Source of the DNA: a virus
Taxonomy: Duplodnaviria > Heunggongvirae > Uroviricota > Caudoviricetes
Length of the DNA: 9,787 bases
Strand: one strand, 5' to 3'
Virus record (IMG/VR): IMGVR_UViG_2565956716_000003
Shown here: in pieces, positions 7,389 through 9,787 of the stretch
How the letters are laid out: each line of letters begins with the position of its first letter
How positions within the stretch are numbered: position 1 is the first letter of the stretch
Program-made: the position numbers and the translations under genes
Notes under the pieces: generated by a model
What the model was told of the DNA's origin: nothing
What the model saw: the letters and a program-made list of their open reading frames with translations, nothing else
Databases searched by the model: none

Positions 7389-8177
7389 ATGAGCGAGAAA
7401 TTAAAGATAGTCTATCGCCCATTACAAGAATTGTCACCGTATGCGCACAACGCCAGGACGCACAGTACTGAGCAGGTGGCACAACTGGTAGAAAGTATTA
7501 AGCAATTCGGCTGGACTAATCCGATGCTGATTGACGAAAAGGGCGAAATTATTGCGGGTCACGGTCGTGTTATGGCGGCTGAAATGCTCAAAATGGATTC
7601 TGTTCCGGTCATTGTTCTGTCTGGCCTGACGGATGAGCAGAAAAAGGCGTACCGCTTGGCAGATAATCGCCTACCGATGAATGCTGGCTGGGATGAAGAT
7701 CTGTTGCGGATGGAGCTGTCGGTCCTAATCAATGCTGATTTTGATGTCTCCCTGACAGGCTTCGGCCCGACAGAAATTGATGAACTGTTGACGGATGTTT
7801 TGCCCGGTACAGGAAATAAGGAGGAGCCGTATACGACGAAAATTGATACGCCTGTTTATGAGCCGTCGGGCGGTAAACCGGATATCAGTGAACTGTACGA
7901 CGATACGAAAACTCAGGAGCTGATCAGCCGGATACGTTCGGCGTCCCTTGATCCTGATATTGAGAAATTCCTCCTGTGTGCGGCAGAACGTCACACGGTG
8001 TTTAATTTCAGCAGAATTGCGGACTATTACGCTCATGCCCCCGCTGAAATTCAGTGCCTTTTCGAGGAGTCGGCGCTGGTGATCATTGATTATCAGCAGG
8101 CTATTGAAAATGGATTTGTCCGAATGACGCAGCGCATGGTGGAGATCATGCATGGCGGGGAGGAGGAATATGCGTGA
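7389..8177 (+). CDS. ynaK: ParB-like nuclease-domain protein (ParB/Srx fold), 262 aa
   Basis: ATG at 7389, TGA at 8175-8177. The N-terminal region has a ParB/sulfiredoxin-family signature (EIIAGHGRVMAAEML, compare the ParB GERRxRAA box). The N-terminus matches my recollection of Rac YnaK. Confidence 0.75.
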   Translation: MSEKLKIVYRPLQELSPYAHNARTHSTEQVAQLVESIKQFGWTNPMLIDEKGEIIAGHGRVMAAEMLKMDSVPVIVLSGLTDEQKKAYRLADNRLPMNAGWDEDLLRMELSVLINADFDVSLTGFGPTEIDELLTDVLPGTGNKEEPYTTKIDTPVYEPSGGKPDISELYDDTKTQELISRIRSASLDPDIEKFLLCAAERHTVFNFSRIADYYAHAPAEIQCLFEESALVIIDYQQAIENGFVRMTQRMVEIMHGGEEEYA

Positions 8178-8183
8178 TGATTT

Positions 8184-9206
8184 TTGCGCCTTTATTCTGA
8201 CTCACGGGCGACCGGAAAAAGTTCTGACTTACCGGACGTTGCGTCGTGCTGGCTAGCCGCGCTGACAGACAATACGCAGGGGGCAGCAGGTCTTGAGTTA
8301 TACGAGGTGTATAACAACGGATATCCAACAGCGTATGGAAATATCATTCACCTGAAAGGGATGTCAGCCGTTGGCGAAGGTGAGTTACTCATCGGCTGGA
8401 GTGGTACAAGCGGTGCTCATGCTCCGGCATTTATTCGTTCACGACGGGATACGACCGACGCAAACTGGTCGCCGTGGGCGCAGCTTTACACCTCGGCTCA
8501 TCCTCCTGCAGAGTTTTATCCAGTCGGTGCACCAATCCCGTGGCCATCAGATACCGTTCCGTCAGGTTATGCCCTGATGCAGGGGCAGACTTTTGACAAA
8601 TCTGCATACCCGAAACTTGCAGCAGCTTATCCGTCAGGCGTGATCCCTGATATGCGTGGCTGGACGATTAAGGGCAAGCCCGCCAGTGGTCGTGCCGTAT
8701 TGTCTCAGGAACAGGACGGCATTAAATCGCACACCCACAGCGCCAGCGCATCCAGTACGGATTTGGGGACGAAAACCACATCGTCGTTTGATTACGGCAC
8801 TAAATCCACGAATAACACCGGTGCGCATACCCATAGTTTAAGTGGCAGCACGAATGCAGCTGGTAATCACAGCCATAGAGATGGCCGTCGATTTAACCCC
8901 AGTGTTTTTAAAGATACTTATCAATATGGTTATACAAGTTCCGGTACAAATACTTGGGGTGTACAAGGTTCAGTAGGTATGTCTACGGGGTGGTTAGCTA
9001 ATACCAGTACAGATGGTAATCATAGCCACTCACTGTCCGGCACAGCAGCATCTGCAGGTACACACGCACATACTGTCGGTATTGGTGCTCATACGCACTC
9101 CGTTGCGATTGGCTCACATGGACACACCATCACCGTTAACGCTGCTGGTAACGCGGAAAACACCGTCAAAAACATCGCATTTAACTATATTGTGAGGCTT
9201 GCATAA
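8184..9206 (+). pseudogene. stfR: Side tail fibre StfR, C-terminal fragment (340 codons) with HxH repeat domain
   Basis: The ORF begins at a TTG directly after ynaK with no credible start. Translation ends ...[22 protein letters not shown] and carries seven G-x-H-x-H motifs, matching recalled lambdoid side tail fibre C-termini; the full protein is over 1000 aa. Stop TAA 9204-9206 overlaps the tfaR ATG (TAATG). Confidence 0.8.
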
Positions 9207-9787
9207 TGGCATTCAGAATGAGTGAACAAGCACGGACCATAAAAATTTATAATCTGCTGGCCGGAACTAATGAATTTATTGGTGAAGGTGACGCATATAT
9301 TCCGCCTCATACAGGTCTGCCAGCAAACAGTACCGATATTGCACCACCAGATATTCCTGCTGGCTTTGTGGCTGTTTTCAACAGTGATGAGGCATCGTGG
9401 CATCTCGTTGAAGACCATCGGGGTAAAACGGTTTATGACGTAGCGTCAGGGGACGCGTTATTTATTTCTGAACTCGGTCCGTTACCGGAAAATGTTACCT
9501 GGTTATCGCCGGAAGGGGAGTTTCAGAAGTGGAACGGCACAGCCTGGGTGAAGGATACGGAAGCAGAAAAACTGTTCCGGATCCGGGAGGCGGAAGAAAC
9601 AAAAAACAGCCTGATGCAGGTAGCCAGTGAGCATATTGCGCCGCTTCAGGATGCTGCAGATCTGAAAATCGCAACGGAGGAAGAAACCTCGTTGCTGGAA
9701 GCCTGGAAAAAGTATCGGGTGCTGCTAAACCGTGTGGACACTTCCGTAGCACCAGATATCGAGTGGCCAGCTGCACCTATAGGGTAA
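9206..9787 (+). CDS. tfaR: Tail fibre assembly protein (chaperone), 193 aa
   Basis: ATG at 9206 overlapping the stf stop; TAA at 9785-9787. Translation [53 protein letters not shown]... matches recalled TfaR-family proteins; the stf-tfa pairing is conserved. Confidence 0.9.
   Translation: MAFRMSEQARTIKIYNLLAGTNEFIGEGDAYIPPHTGLPANSTDIAPPDIPAGFVAVFNSDEASWHLVEDHRGKTVYDVASGDALFISELGPLPENVTWLSPEGEFQKWNGTAWVKDTEAEKLFRIREAEETKNSLMQVASEHIAPLQDAADLKIATEEETSLLEAWKKYRVLLNRVDTSVAPDIEWPAAPIG

Noticed and set aside
7289-7471. Plus-strand 60-aa ORF spanning the trkG-ynaK intergenic region and the ynaK start
   Set aside because: It overlaps the hairpin region and runs out of frame into ynaK; proline-rich low-complexity translation with no SD.
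8730-9125. Possibility that the repeated cac-ncc-cac / cat-agc-cac units are a CRISPR-like or tandem DNA repeat array
   Set aside because: The repeats are at the protein-motif level (HxH) within one continuous reading frame, with irregular spacing and no conserved direct repeat unit.
7725-9776. Minus-strand ORFs antisense to ynaK, stf and tfaR (7725..8153, 8146..8328, 8634..8834, 9185..9418, 9495..9776) and plus-strand out-of-frame ORFs inside stf (8371..8577, 8656..8841, 9013..9195)
   Set aside because: All are shadow or out-of-frame ORFs within better-supported genes; Arg/Pro/His-rich translations reflect the codon composition of the tail fibre gene.
1-9787. tRNA, rRNA, IS element or attachment-site features
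   Set aside because: No cloverleaf-like tRNA candidates, terminal inverted repeats or transposase ORFs were seen. The window begins at the integrase stop, so any att site would lie outside it.

Overview
This window reads as a decayed Rac-type lambdoid prophage of Escherichia coli, and I do not see a self-evidently novel system in it. Gene identities rest on reading the supplied translations against recalled protein families and on start/stop/Shine-Dalgarno contexts checked in the nucleotide sequence; no database search was run. Left arm, minus strand: intR integrase, xisR excisionase, ydaC, ralR, recT, and a recE that has lost its first ~209 codons. At ~4750-4775 the recE remnant abuts, in opposite orientation, a plus-strand lysozyme gene missing its N-terminal anchor, followed by a nested Rz/Rz1 spanin pair. 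Then come the AT-rich potassium-uptake gene trkG, an intact ParB-like nuclease-domain ORF (ynaK-like), a second junction at ~8160-8260 where a 28-codon orphan ORF runs into the C-terminal 340 codons of a side tail fibre gene, and tfaR. Immunity, replication, holin, and all head and most tail genes are therefore absent. The least characterised pieces, and the best candidates for follow-up, are the ParB-like ORF, ydaC beside the RalR toxin, the orphan ORF at the second junction, and a T9 tract at the 3' end of trkG. No tRNA, rRNA, CRISPR array or IS element was seen.
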